DNA of 27,347 nucleotides from Candidatus Thorarchaeota archaeon (GTDB lineage Archaea; Asgardarchaeota; Thorarchaeia; Thorarchaeales; Thorarchaeaceae). The first letter of the stretch is position 1. Every line of letters begins with the position of its first letter. The position numbers and the translations under genes were made by a program. Positions 1-8,049 of this stretch are shown here, piece after piece. Location: NCBI GenBank assembly GCA_016839445.1, contig JAEOUG010000097.1, positions 1 through 27,347 on the forward strand, read 5' to 3'. The notes below the pieces were generated by a model. It was not told the origin of the DNA, made no database searches, and saw only the letters and a program-made list of their open reading frames with translations.

Positions 1-273
1 CCTCAGACAGATGGAACTAACATCACTGTTCAGGCCACAGTAGTGGCAGGGGGAGTCACCCATGTTGGGTTCGAGATGGTGATTCCCGTCAGGGATTCGA
101 TTGGGTCAGTGATAACCACTACCAGCACAACGAGCTCCACGTCGACAGGGACTGGCACAGGCACCGGCACCGGCGACGGTGATATCGGTGAACTACTCGG
201 TCAGCTCCTGCCCTTCCTCGCACTGGCGGTAGTCGCTGCGATTGGCGGTCTATGTGCCAAGAAGCGCAAATAG
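1..273 (+). CDS. C-terminal fragment (5'-truncated) of a cell-surface/secreted protein with a Thr/Ser/Gly linker, C-terminal TM anchor and basic tail
   Basis: Frame is open from base 1 (PQTDGTNITVQATVVAGG...). It contains the linker TTTSTTSSTSTGTGTGTGTG, hydrophobic LLPFLALAVVAAIGGLC and tail AKKRK, ending in TAG. Confidence 0.85.
   Translation, partial: PQTDGTNITVQATVVAGGVTHVGFEMVIPVRDSIGSVITTTSTTSSTSTGTGTGTGTGDGDIGELLGQLLPFLALAVVAAIGGLCAKKRK
112..180 (+). repeat. Low-complexity coding repeat (Thr/Ser run plus (TG)n; ACN-GGN codon repeats)
   Basis: aca ggg act ggc aca ggc acc ggc acc ggc, a degenerate 6-nt period inside the CDS. Confidence 0.7.
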
Positions 274-321
274 CACCAACAGGGAACTGGCGCCACAGAG
301 CGCCGGTTCTTCTTCTCTTTC

Positions 322-927
322 TCAGAACTCGTCCTTTTCACTTCGTGCTGCCATCTCAGCGAATTTGAGGCAGCTCTCGGCGTCCTGCATTTCGCCCCGC
401 TTCTGGTGAAGGCTTGCGGCAATTCTATAGGCTCTCTGCACGGCCGGCCACTGCTCCAACGCATCATAGCACAGGGCTAGTGACTTCCATGCCTCAGGAT
501 TCTCTGAGTCATACTTCAGAGCCTCGTTGTAGGCCTCAACTGCCTCTTGGATTCTGAAGAGGCTCTCGAGTGCTCTGGCCTTCTTCATCCACAGGTCGGC
601 CTCTTGTGGACACCTCTTCAGTCCTACCTCTGCGGCGGTAAGAGCATCCTCGAATGCTCCTAGCGTCAGATGCGCCTCCGCCTTGTTGGAGTGGGCGCGT
701 GGGTCGTCTGCATCGACATCTATGGCATAGTCGAAGACAACAACGGCCTCGCCCTGTTCTCCTATGTGGATATGTACAAGACCCACCTCGTTAAGAGCAG
801 CTAGATTGTTCGGGTTAAGCTGAAGCACCTTCCGGTACGCCTCGATGCTCTTCTTGTTCAATCCTTGCTGGCGAAGTGACCGTGCCTTGCCAAGCCATTG
901 GTCTTCGCCTAGGCCTTCAAGAGACAT
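322..927 (-). CDS. Tetratricopeptide repeat (TPR) protein
   Basis: Successive ~34-aa TPR-like units: AYRKVLQLNPNNLAALNEVG, AIDVDADDPRAHSNKA, CPQEADLWMKKA, ALKYDSENPEAWKSLA. Confidence 0.9.
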   Translation of the reverse strand: MSLEGLGEDQWLGKARSLRQQGLNKKSIEAYRKVLQLNPNNLAALNEVGLVHIHIGEQGEAVVVFDYAIDVDADDPRAHSNKAEAHLTLGAFEDALTAAEVGLKRCPQEADLWMKKARALESLFRIQEAVEAYNEALKYDSENPEAWKSLALCYDALEQWPAVQRAYRIAASLHQKRGEMQDAESCLKFAEMAARSEKDEF

Positions 928-985
928 ACGGCCTCAACCCCTGAAACAAGATTTAATGATATCCCTGTTGAATGTCACGAAACGA

Positions 986-998
986 CAAGGGTTTTAAC
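986..998 (+). promoter_or_regulatory. Putative BRE/TATA element for the 1037 gene
   Basis: caagggttttaac about 40 nt upstream of the start, in a divergent intergenic region. Confidence 0.45.
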
Positions 999-1036
999 TG
1001 GCCCATAGACAACATGGCGCATCAAGTGAGGCTAAC

Positions 1037-1612
1037 GTGATGAGCAGCGAAGACGACTTCTTCGAGGATGATGAATACGACGAGGATGACTCCTTCCCGG
1101 ATGAAGATTATGAAGAAGAGGAGGAAGAAGAGGATGAGGAGCATCTGGATGAAGACGACTATCCCGAGGAAGACCAGGGCGAAGCATCCTTCAGGGACAG
1201 AGTCGAAGGCTTCATCGCTGACCCATGGCCCAAGACAGTGTTCTTCCTCATGCTGGTTGGGTTTGCCCTTGTTCTACTTACACCCTTTGGAGTCTGGGCA
1301 TGGCATCGCTACTCGATCATAGGCGTCTTTATCCTGCTTATCCTTGCTGCAGTTGGGGCAGTGTACTCCTTGTCCACATGGATAAGGGCTGGAGCTGACA
1401 AACTTCGCTATGCCGGAATCACCAATCTTGCCGTCGTGATTTTGGCGACGATACTGGGCACCCTGGATACATTGTTCTGGATAGTCCTTGGAGTGTCAGT
1501 GGTTCCAGGCTATGAAGTGTCTCTGCTCTTCATCTGCTATGTCCTGGTCATCTTCTCACTCTACTCTCTGTGGATGATACAGAAGAGCCTAGATCCACAG
1601 CCGCGGCGCTAA
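1037..1612 (+). CDS. Hypothetical 4-TM membrane protein with a highly acidic N-terminal tail
   Basis: First ~50 aa are dominated by D/E, followed by four hydrophobic segments; gtgagg SD-like motif upstream; start could be ATG 1040. Confidence 0.85.
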   Translation: MMSSEDDFFEDDEYDEDDSFPDEDYEEEEEEEDEEHLDEDDYPEEDQGEASFRDRVEGFIADPWPKTVFFLMLVGFALVLLTPFGVWAWHRYSIIGVFILLILAAVGAVYSLSTWIRAGADKLRYAGITNLAVVILATILGTLDTLFWIVLGVSVVPGYEVSLLFICYVLVIFSLYSLWMIQKSLDPQPRR

Positions 1613-1619
1613 TGGTCTG

Positions 1620-2006
1620 GTGGTCGGGTTGGGAACCCACTCCCTCTCCCTAGAAGAGATCATGTCCATGATCAGGGAGTTCGTCAAGGAGCGTGACTGG
1701 GAGAAATTCCACAAGCCCTCTGCGCTCGCCATGTCAGTGTCAATAGAGCTTGGTGAGCTTCTCGAGCTGTTCCAATGGAAGAGCGATGACGAGATACTCG
1801 AATCGCTCAAAGAGAAGGAGTATTCGGATGCAGTTCGCGCTGAGGTCGCAGATGTCCTCATCTACACTCTTCGACTTGCGGATGTTATGGGCGTCGACGT
1901 GGCGAAGGCAATCGCTGAGAAGATGGAGAAGAACATAGCCAAGTATCCTGTTGAACACTGGGATGGCAAGGCTCCGAGCAAGCTCAATCGTCGGGAACCT
2001 GAGTGA
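1620..2006 (+). CDS. MazG-like / DCTPP1-type nucleotide pyrophosphohydrolase
   Basis: F..ERDWEKFHKP..LA.S.SIE.GELLELFQW ... EVADVLIY ... KM.KN..KYPVE signature. Confidence 0.92.
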   Translation: MVGLGTHSLSLEEIMSMIREFVKERDWEKFHKPSALAMSVSIELGELLELFQWKSDDEILESLKEKEYSDAVRAEVADVLIYTLRLADVMGVDVAKAIAEKMEKNIAKYPVEHWDGKAPSKLNRREPE

Positions 2007-2787
2007 TTCTCGAATAGAGGCTGGGTCGCCTGTCAGTGAAGAGATGGTTCCTGTCGGTCATCATCTTATCCAAGGCCTCTTCTGGCTTGATCTCTGCCCA
2101 CCCGACTCCCGCCTTTTCTTCAGACATCTGTGTCAGCAGTTCTCCCCTCGGATTGGTAATCTGAGAGTTGCCGGTGAAGGTGACATCCCTCTCGGTTCCT
2201 ATTCTGTTGGCAGTAGCCGTGAAGACGCCGTTCTCGATTGATCTTGTTATCATTGCTCTCTGGCAATAGGGAAGTACGAGGTTGGCCGGATGGAGGATGA
2301 CCTCTGCTCCCTTCAGGGCGAGTATTCGCGCAACTTCAGGAAACGCCCAGTCGAAGCAGACCATGACCCCATACCTATGTCCGTCATAGCTCACAACAGG
2401 CGGCTCCTCGTTTCCGGGCTGGAACCAGTCCTTCTCGTTCTGAAAGAGATGGATCTTGCGATAGGTAGTGACGTGGTTCCCCTTGGCAAAGACAGCTGCT
2501 GAGTTGAAGATGCCATTATCAGCCCTCTCGCAGAGACCCGCAACGACGAGCCTGTCCTTCTCTGACCAAGCCAGGAGCAGTTTAGATGCTCTGCCTTCTG
2601 GGATTGACTCTGCCGCTTCCTCGACCTCCTCCTCAGTTTCGAAGACGTATCCAGAGTTTAGCAGTTCTGGCAGAACAAGAACATCGATGTCTTTCTCATC
2701 GGCCTCCTTCAGAATGGCTTTCAGCCTAGCGATGTTTCCTTCATTCTCAGTGACCCTAGGGGCCATCTGACCAACTCCAAGCTTCAT
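1984..2787 (-). CDS. Nitrilase-superfamily carbon-nitrogen hydrolase
   Basis: Catalytic Glu-Lys-Cys triad motifs LPEL, YRKIHLF and VMVCFDWAFPE; aggtga SD upstream. Confidence 0.93.
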   Translation of the reverse strand: MKLGVGQMAPRVTENEGNIARLKAILKEADEKDIDVLVLPELLNSGYVFETEEEVEEAAESIPEGRASKLLLAWSEKDRLVVAGLCERADNGIFNSAAVFAKGNHVTTYRKIHLFQNEKDWFQPGNEEPPVVSYDGHRYGVMVCFDWAFPEVARILALKGAEVILHPANLVLPYCQRAMITRSIENGVFTATANRIGTERDVTFTGNSQITNPRGELLTQMSEEKAGVGWAEIKPEEALDKMMTDRNHLFTDRRPSLYSRITQVPDD

Positions 2788-2840
2788 TTCATATCACCTG
2801 TCGGCTCGGCCTATGCCGAGTTCCCTATTCCTATAGACGT

Positions 2841-3701
2841 CTAGAAGAGACCGTGCTTCATAGATGTCTGGCAGTCACAGCCTGCGTCCTTCGGGATGTT
2901 CGTTATCATTTCAAAGGTGAGCTTCCTGACTCGGTCAACGTTCTGTGACATTGTTCTCAGGACCATCTCGTGCGTTACAACTTCGTCACCGTGAACGTCG
3001 TAGTCGGTTGGCATCGAGATGTTCACGAAGCAGATACCCGCCTCCCGCGCAAGAGCCGCCTCAGGATAAGCAGTCATGCCGATAACCTCCCAACCTTGTC
3101 CGTGGAAGAAGAGTGATTCCGCCCGCGTCGAAAACCTTGGACCGTTGATGCAGACGTACGTTCCCTTCTTGTGAATCTTGTACTTCAGTTCTTTCGCCGT
3201 GTCTGCGGCGACTCTCCTCAGTTCAGGACAGAAGGGCTCAGCGAAGGGAAGATGCGCAATTGGTCCTCCCTCAAAGAATGTGTCCTTTCTCGTTCCGAAT
3301 GTCCTGTCGAAGAGCTGGTCTGCGAGCACGAATTCACCAAGCTTGATCTTGTCGGGCTGCAGACTTCCACAGGCCGCAGGGCTGATGATTCGCTTAACGC
3401 CCAGTGCCTTCATTCCCCAGATGTTGGCTCTGTAGTTGATTGCATGCGGAGGAATTGTGTGTCCTCTACCATGTCTCGCTAAGAATGCAAATGTTCTCTT
3501 CTTGACAGAACCTACAATGAAATTGTCAGATGCTGCGCCGAAAGGCGTGAACACCTTGACCTCAATAGGGTTCTCAATCACGGTAGCGTCGTAGTTGCCG
3601 CTGCCTCCAAACATCCCAATTTCCGCTGGTAGTAGCCTGTGAAGCTCATCCGCTTTGCTTCGATCTACAGGGACTACCGACAGTTTCGCCTCGAATGCCA
3701 T
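2841..3701 (-). CDS. mtnP: S-methyl-5'-thioadenosine phosphorylase
   Basis: GGSG, TPFG..SD, ARHG.GH..PPH.INYRANIW, GPRFSTRAES, IGMT..PEA.LARE and TDYD motifs; ATG 3701 preferred over TTG 3707. Confidence 0.92.
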   Translation of the reverse strand: MAFEAKLSVVPVDRSKADELHRLLPAEIGMFGGSGNYDATVIENPIEVKVFTPFGAASDNFIVGSVKKRTFAFLARHGRGHTIPPHAINYRANIWGMKALGVKRIISPAACGSLQPDKIKLGEFVLADQLFDRTFGTRKDTFFEGGPIAHLPFAEPFCPELRRVAADTAKELKYKIHKKGTYVCINGPRFSTRAESLFFHGQGWEVIGMTAYPEAALAREAGICFVNISMPTDYDVHGDEVVTHEMVLRTMSQNVDRVRKLTFEMITNIPKDAGCDCQTSMKHGLF

Positions 3702-3789
3702 AGTCAACTCAACCTCGTGTTCTCTGATGGCCCTTCCCCATACTCCCTAAAATAGATGGTGACCGCGAGGTGTTCTGGCCAGCCTTTGT

Positions 3790-4455
3790 CTAGTTCTTGA
3801 GCTTCCAGTAGTTGTCAAGCGGGTAGACAATCTTGTTGAGGAAACCCATGTGTGCCTTCACCTTGGAGAGCGCATCATCGCTGAGCACAATATTGTTGTA
3901 CTCACGCAGGTGTTTCTTGAGCTCCATTGTGCTCATCTCGTCCACCTTCTCTCCTTCGAAGATCTTCAGAATGAGGGCGTTCAGGTCTTCGTAGAAGTTC
4001 CACGGCCATATCTCCCACGCCCAACTGACCTCCACTCCAAAGTAATCGGGCACAAACTTGGAGCCTGCTATGTGCATCAGAGTTGCACTCTTCACGTCGC
4101 TTGGGCCCTGCTCTCTTATGTGATTCACTGCCATGGTAAGGCTCTCACCGGTGTCAGTGATGTCATCCACGACCAGGACGCGCTTACCCTTCACGTCCCC
4201 AGTAAGAGGAACTGTCAGTTTCGCCTTACCATCCTTTGTGGCTGTGACGCCCCAGTGATCTACCTTCACGGAGTAAAGCTCCTTCACGCCGAGGAGGTCA
4301 CACTGAAGCCGCGCGTGGACCCATCCGCCACGCGCCACGCCAATGATCACATCAGGTTTCCAGCCGGACTGCCTGATTTTGATTGCAGTCTGGTAGGCGT
4401 AATTCCATATATCATCGAAGTCCAAGACGTAGCATAGAGGACCTTTGAGCTCCAT
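3790..4455 (-). CDS. Type I phosphoribosyltransferase (archaeal purine hypoxanthine/guanine/xanthine PRTase-like)
   Basis: IIGVARGG loop, PRPP-binding VLVVDDITDTGESL, PDYF...W..WPW. Confidence 0.9.
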   Translation of the reverse strand: MELKGPLCYVLDFDDIWNYAYQTAIKIRQSGWKPDVIIGVARGGWVHARLQCDLLGVKELYSVKVDHWGVTATKDGKAKLTVPLTGDVKGKRVLVVDDITDTGESLTMAVNHIREQGPSDVKSATLMHIAGSKFVPDYFGVEVSWAWEIWPWNFYEDLNALILKIFEGEKVDEMSTMELKKHLREYNNIVLSDDALSKVKAHMGFLNKIVYPLDNYWKLKN

Positions 4456-4560
4456 CTTTGGTCAGCACCGAGTCGGAACCGGAAGATTCGAGTTAAAAGT
4501 ATGCCCATTCGCTCCTCGCAAGAGTAATAGGCTGCGCAGTGCAGTCCACCGCCGATTTCC

Positions 4561-4875
4561 ATGTCTGACAAAAAGGAATGTGTTGGCAAGGAACCTCGTA
4601 AGGTGGTGGCTCGTGTCATCAGCCAGAAGGGGTACTGCGCCATCGGCCACAAGGTTGGTGATGTAATCGAATTCGACCACTTCGGCGTCAAGGGCGACAT
4701 CTGTATCAACGCTCTGTTCACAATGCTACCGGTTGTCTATGCCATGATGCACAACTCCTACTTCCCTTGGGCTGAGGATCAGTGCAAGGAGCTTCACGCA
4801 TGCCCCGACCCGAAGAATCCTGTCGTCTTCGAACTGGACCGGTCTCAACCCATGGATCGAAAGGCCTCCGGCTAG
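4561..4875 (+). CDS. TIGR04076-family small Cys-containing protein
   Basis: KG.C..GHKVGD.IEF....G.IC..A...P ... ACPDP.NPVVFEL signature; gttaaaag TATA-like motif near 4492. Confidence 0.85.
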   Translation: MSDKKECVGKEPRKVVARVISQKGYCAIGHKVGDVIEFDHFGVKGDICINALFTMLPVVYAMMHNSYFPWAEDQCKELHACPDPKNPVVFELDRSQPMDRKASG

Positions 4876-5705
4876 ACAGAGACCTCCAATACCAGGCTAT
4901 CGAAGACTCCTGGTTCGTACTCCAATAGGACGTCGAACTCATCGCCTCGCGAGACAGGCACTGGTGTGCCAAGAGGAAGAAGAAGTTCCCTCCAACCATC
5001 CTCCATGGACAGACGGATGTCCTCCGTTAGATGGGCCTCGAACATGGCGAGCATGCCATGAATGGTACCTGACTCAAGGATCTCGAATCGAAGTTGGCTA
5101 CTTACTCTCTCCATGCTCAGGGACTTGAAGTCAAACGAAACGACTCTGGCCAGGTTGCCAAGGTCTCGACAATCGCCTCTTGAGGCGGTCTGCACTGTCT
5201 TGGGGAAGTCAAGGTCTGCAACACCGAATCTCTTCCAAATGCGTGGACACTCTACAGGAAGGGCAAAGACAGTCGACGAGGCGGGGAGTAATACTCCGTT
5301 CGGTTTCAGGATCTTCTGAGTAGCATGGATTGACGCAGGCACCTGCTGTTCAATTAGCATCATAGAGGAGAGCATCTCGCATATCACAACGTCTGCCTTG
5401 TCGGACGGAACACAGTCTGCGTAATGGCTCTGTCTGAATTCTATTCGATGTTCAAGGTTGTTCAGTGCGGCTGCCTTCTTCGCGTACGCGATGGACTCGT
5501 CGTTCACGTCTATTGCCAGGACTCTCTCTGCGCCTGCTCTAGCCGCCATCATTGCCAAGACCCCAGTTCCTGTGCCAAGGTCCACGACGAAATCGCCCTC
5601 TTGCACAGTCTGCTCTATCGCCCGTCTGAACTTCTCAAGACGAGTCCTGTGACTGAGGAGACTGACAGCATGCAACATTGAGAAGGGCGTTGCGTATTCT
5701 TTCAT
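4872..5705 (-). CDS. Class I SAM methyltransferase with PRMT-like architecture (Rossmann domain plus beta-barrel)
   Basis: Motif I VVDLGTGTGVLAMMAARAGA, double-E loop VICEMLSSMMLIE, LKPNGVLLP, barrel motif GTIHGMLAMF, and DGWRELLLPL at the THW-loop position. Confidence 0.85.
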   Translation of the reverse strand: MKEYATPFSMLHAVSLLSHRTRLEKFRRAIEQTVQEGDFVVDLGTGTGVLAMMAARAGAERVLAIDVNDESIAYAKKAAALNNLEHRIEFRQSHYADCVPSDKADVVICEMLSSMMLIEQQVPASIHATQKILKPNGVLLPASSTVFALPVECPRIWKRFGVADLDFPKTVQTASRGDCRDLGNLARVVSFDFKSLSMERVSSQLRFEILESGTIHGMLAMFEAHLTEDIRLSMEDGWRELLLPLGTPVPVSRGDEFDVLLEYEPGVFDSLVLEVSV

Positions 5706-5809
5706 GGCAGAATTTCCCCTAGCGTAGGCTACTTATAACACAACTGACGCCAAACGCCTTGATGTGCAGTTCTGAAAAGATACCAGAGGATTGCGAGGTT
5801 CACTAATCA

Positions 5810-6970
5810 TTGCCGGAAGACAGCATCGATCAAGCTAGGAGGCTCTTGGAAGAAGGCAGACCCGAGGAGGCAATAGCCCTTCTTGAGCCAGTTGTAGCTG
5901 ATGACGATGAAGATGCAGAAGCACTTGTCATCCTTGGTATGGCCTATGTGCAAGCTGAGCTCTGCTCCAAGGCAATCGAGGTTCTGGAGCTAGCAGACGA
6001 ACTCGTCGAGGACCACTGCGTCGTGAAGATGTTTCTTGGGCGAGCCCTTTTGACTGAAGGGCAATTCGCCTATGCTGAGGAAATGCTTCGAGAGTCAATC
6101 AGACTGGACGAGTCGGAGCCAGCCGCATGGGCAGATCTTGGCCGCATCCACTATAGGCAGCAGGAGTACAGGAAGGCCCTCGAGCTTCTGAATGAGGCCA
6201 GTCACAGGTTTCCAGATGATGTTTCTGTTGCCGCCCTCCATGCATTGTCGCTGTATCGACTGGGTGACTACACTGCCGCGACGGAGGAGTGGGCCCGGGT
6301 CCATCGACTTCAACCTGAACTCATGGCTGCGATATCGAACTATGCGTATCTGCTATTGATTCAAGATAGATCGTTTGAGGCAACCCCCTTTGTCGGTGCG
6401 GCGAACACGCTTGATTCCGAAGACTATCGTTCTCGAATACTGCTAGGTGAGCTCCGCTTCAAATCGGGTGATCTTGATGGGGCCGCCGAGGCCTTTCTCA
6501 GCGTTCTCGAAAAGGACCCGGAGAACATCGAGGCGCTCGCCAAGATGGCTCTAATTATGCACCTTGCGACGGATGAAGCGATGAGTCGGGAGTACCTCAG
6601 CAGAGCCGAGATGCAACTCGGTGAGAATCCCGAGTCCTGGAGAGGGCTCTGTGGCATATACCCCCTCCTCGGCATGACGTCAGAGTATCTGGACTGCCTG
6701 CTTCTGTGGGCGGAGTCTGATGCCGGAGCTGCCACGCCTTGGGTCCTGTTGGCAGGAGAGTACCTGCGTATGGGCGACCATGAGAAGGCTCAAGAAGCAT
6801 GGGATACAGTCTTTGAGCTCAGAGGTTACGTCAAAGTCAGGTGTCCCCTCTGCAGTGAGGAGGAGCGCCTTCCGTATGACAGAAGTGAGGGGTTTGACGT
6901 GTTCAAAGACACTACATGTAGTCACTGCGGGCGCACCCTCTCCATGCCTAGGGGTCTGGCCCTTAACTGA
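5810..6970 (+). CDS. TPR-repeat protein with C-terminal zinc ribbon
   Basis: Multiple TPR units followed by CPLC-x21-CSHC near the C-terminus; TTG start with gaggt SD. Confidence 0.88.
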   Translation: MPEDSIDQARRLLEEGRPEEAIALLEPVVADDDEDAEALVILGMAYVQAELCSKAIEVLELADELVEDHCVVKMFLGRALLTEGQFAYAEEMLRESIRLDESEPAAWADLGRIHYRQQEYRKALELLNEASHRFPDDVSVAALHALSLYRLGDYTAATEEWARVHRLQPELMAAISNYAYLLLIQDRSFEATPFVGAANTLDSEDYRSRILLGELRFKSGDLDGAAEAFLSVLEKDPENIEALAKMALIMHLATDEAMSREYLSRAEMQLGENPESWRGLCGIYPLLGMTSEYLDCLLLWAESDAGAATPWVLLAGEYLRMGDHEKAQEAWDTVFELRGYVKVRCPLCSEEERLPYDRSEGFDVFKDTTCSHCGRTLSMPRGLALN

Positions 6971-6982
6971 GGGGTCTTCGAA

Positions 6983-7447
6983 ATGACAGAGAGGAGGTAT
7001 CCATCTCATCCTGTTCCGGGGGTAGGAGCAGTTGTGGTGGGCAAGAGAGGTGTCCTTCTTGTGCGTCGCGACAAGGATCCTGGCGAAGGTCTCTGGAGCA
7101 TTCCTGGCGGAGGAGTTGAACTTGGCGAAACGCAGGAGGAGGCAGTCCTTCGCGAGGTCAGAGAAGAAACCGGCGTGGACTGTGTGGTTGCACGATTCAT
7201 GACAACGGCAGATCTCATCACTCCAGACTCGTCTGGCTCGATAGAGTTCCACTTCATTCTGAACCACTATCTGGCCCGCGCTCTGTCAGAGAACACCAGG
7301 CCAGAGATTCCCGAAGCCGAGGTTGGATGGTTTCACCCTGATTCTCTACCCGACGACATTGTCAATCAAAGAATCGTCGACCTAATCCTCTCGGTAAGAG
7401 ACACCGCTCTGAAAATGATGGACGAGGCAGGCAATACGTCTGAATAA
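6983..7447 (+). CDS. Nudix hydrolase (ADP-ribose pyrophosphatase/MutT-like)
   Basis: Complete Nudix box GGGVELGETQEEAVLREVREETG; N-terminal RRYP..P..GVGAVV. Confidence 0.95.
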   Translation: MTERRYPSHPVPGVGAVVVGKRGVLLVRRDKDPGEGLWSIPGGGVELGETQEEAVLREVREETGVDCVVARFMTTADLITPDSSGSIEFHFILNHYLARALSENTRPEIPEAEVGWFHPDSLPDDIVNQRIVDLILSVRDTALKMMDEAGNTSE

Positions 7448-7474
7448 CAGCGGTATTATGCCGGTTAGAGGGCC

Positions 7475-7486
7475 AAGAATTATAAG
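7475..7486 (+). promoter_or_regulatory. Putative BRE/TATA element for the 7534 gene
   Basis: aagaattataag upstream of the CDS. Confidence 0.5.
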
Positions 7487-7533
7487 AGCACTCACGCATT
7501 CACGGTATACGAGAAAAGCTCCTGCTTAAGGAT

Positions 7534-8013
7534 GTGTATTCGCATATGTTTCGAACGATTCTTGCTTTGCTTCTTACACTAGTGATCGCAGTGGTCATTG
7601 GTGCTTTCCAGATTCTGGGACTTAGCCTTGCTGACCTACAAGCTCTGCTTGGAAGTGGTGACATCACTGGAGACTTGATGACATATGGTGGACTCATGTT
7701 CGGGGCCCTTATGACACCCTACACAATGGCCACCTCAACACCAGCAATCTACGCCCCATTGGTTGCACTTGGTGTTGCTGGCTTCGTTGCCGGTCTTGTT
7801 TCCAAGAGCGGTGTCCGGATGTTCTTCGTGTCAATCATTGCGATTGTCCTGTTCTTCCTGGGATTCTACATCCTCACCCTTGCTGGTGACCCGGGCGACC
7901 TGACCGCGATGTACAGTATTCTCAGGGCAATGGTCATTGATGTTGGCGTTGCATTTGGCCTGCTGTTCATTCCTGGTGTAATCGGCGCGTCTCTGACTGC
8001 CGAGGAATACTAG
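7534..8013 (+). CDS. Hypothetical polytopic membrane protein (4-5 TM)
   Basis: Hydrophobic throughout; start could be ATG 7546. Confidence 0.85.
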   Translation: MYSHMFRTILALLLTLVIAVVIGAFQILGLSLADLQALLGSGDITGDLMTYGGLMFGALMTPYTMATSTPAIYAPLVALGVAGFVAGLVSKSGVRMFFVSIIAIVLFFLGFYILTLAGDPGDLTAMYSILRAMVIDVGVAFGLLFIPGVIGASLTAEEY

Positions 8014-8021
8014 TCCCCATT

Positions 8022-8049
8022 GGGGGCATTGCCCCCTTCTACTCTTTTT
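8022..8049. terminator. GC hairpin plus T-rich tract between convergent genes
   Basis: GGGGGC-ATT-GCCCCC (8022-8036) followed by ttctactcttttt. Confidence 0.5.

Noticed and set aside
259-273. C-terminal KKRK fits the eukaryotic KKxx ER-retrieval motif
   Set aside because: Basic tails after C-terminal anchors are routine in archaeal surface proteins (positive-inside rule); there is no independent support.
1040-1180. GAR/GAY-rich DNA as a tandem repeat
   Set aside because: It is explained by Asp/Glu codons with mixed synonymous usage, not a DNA-level repeat unit.
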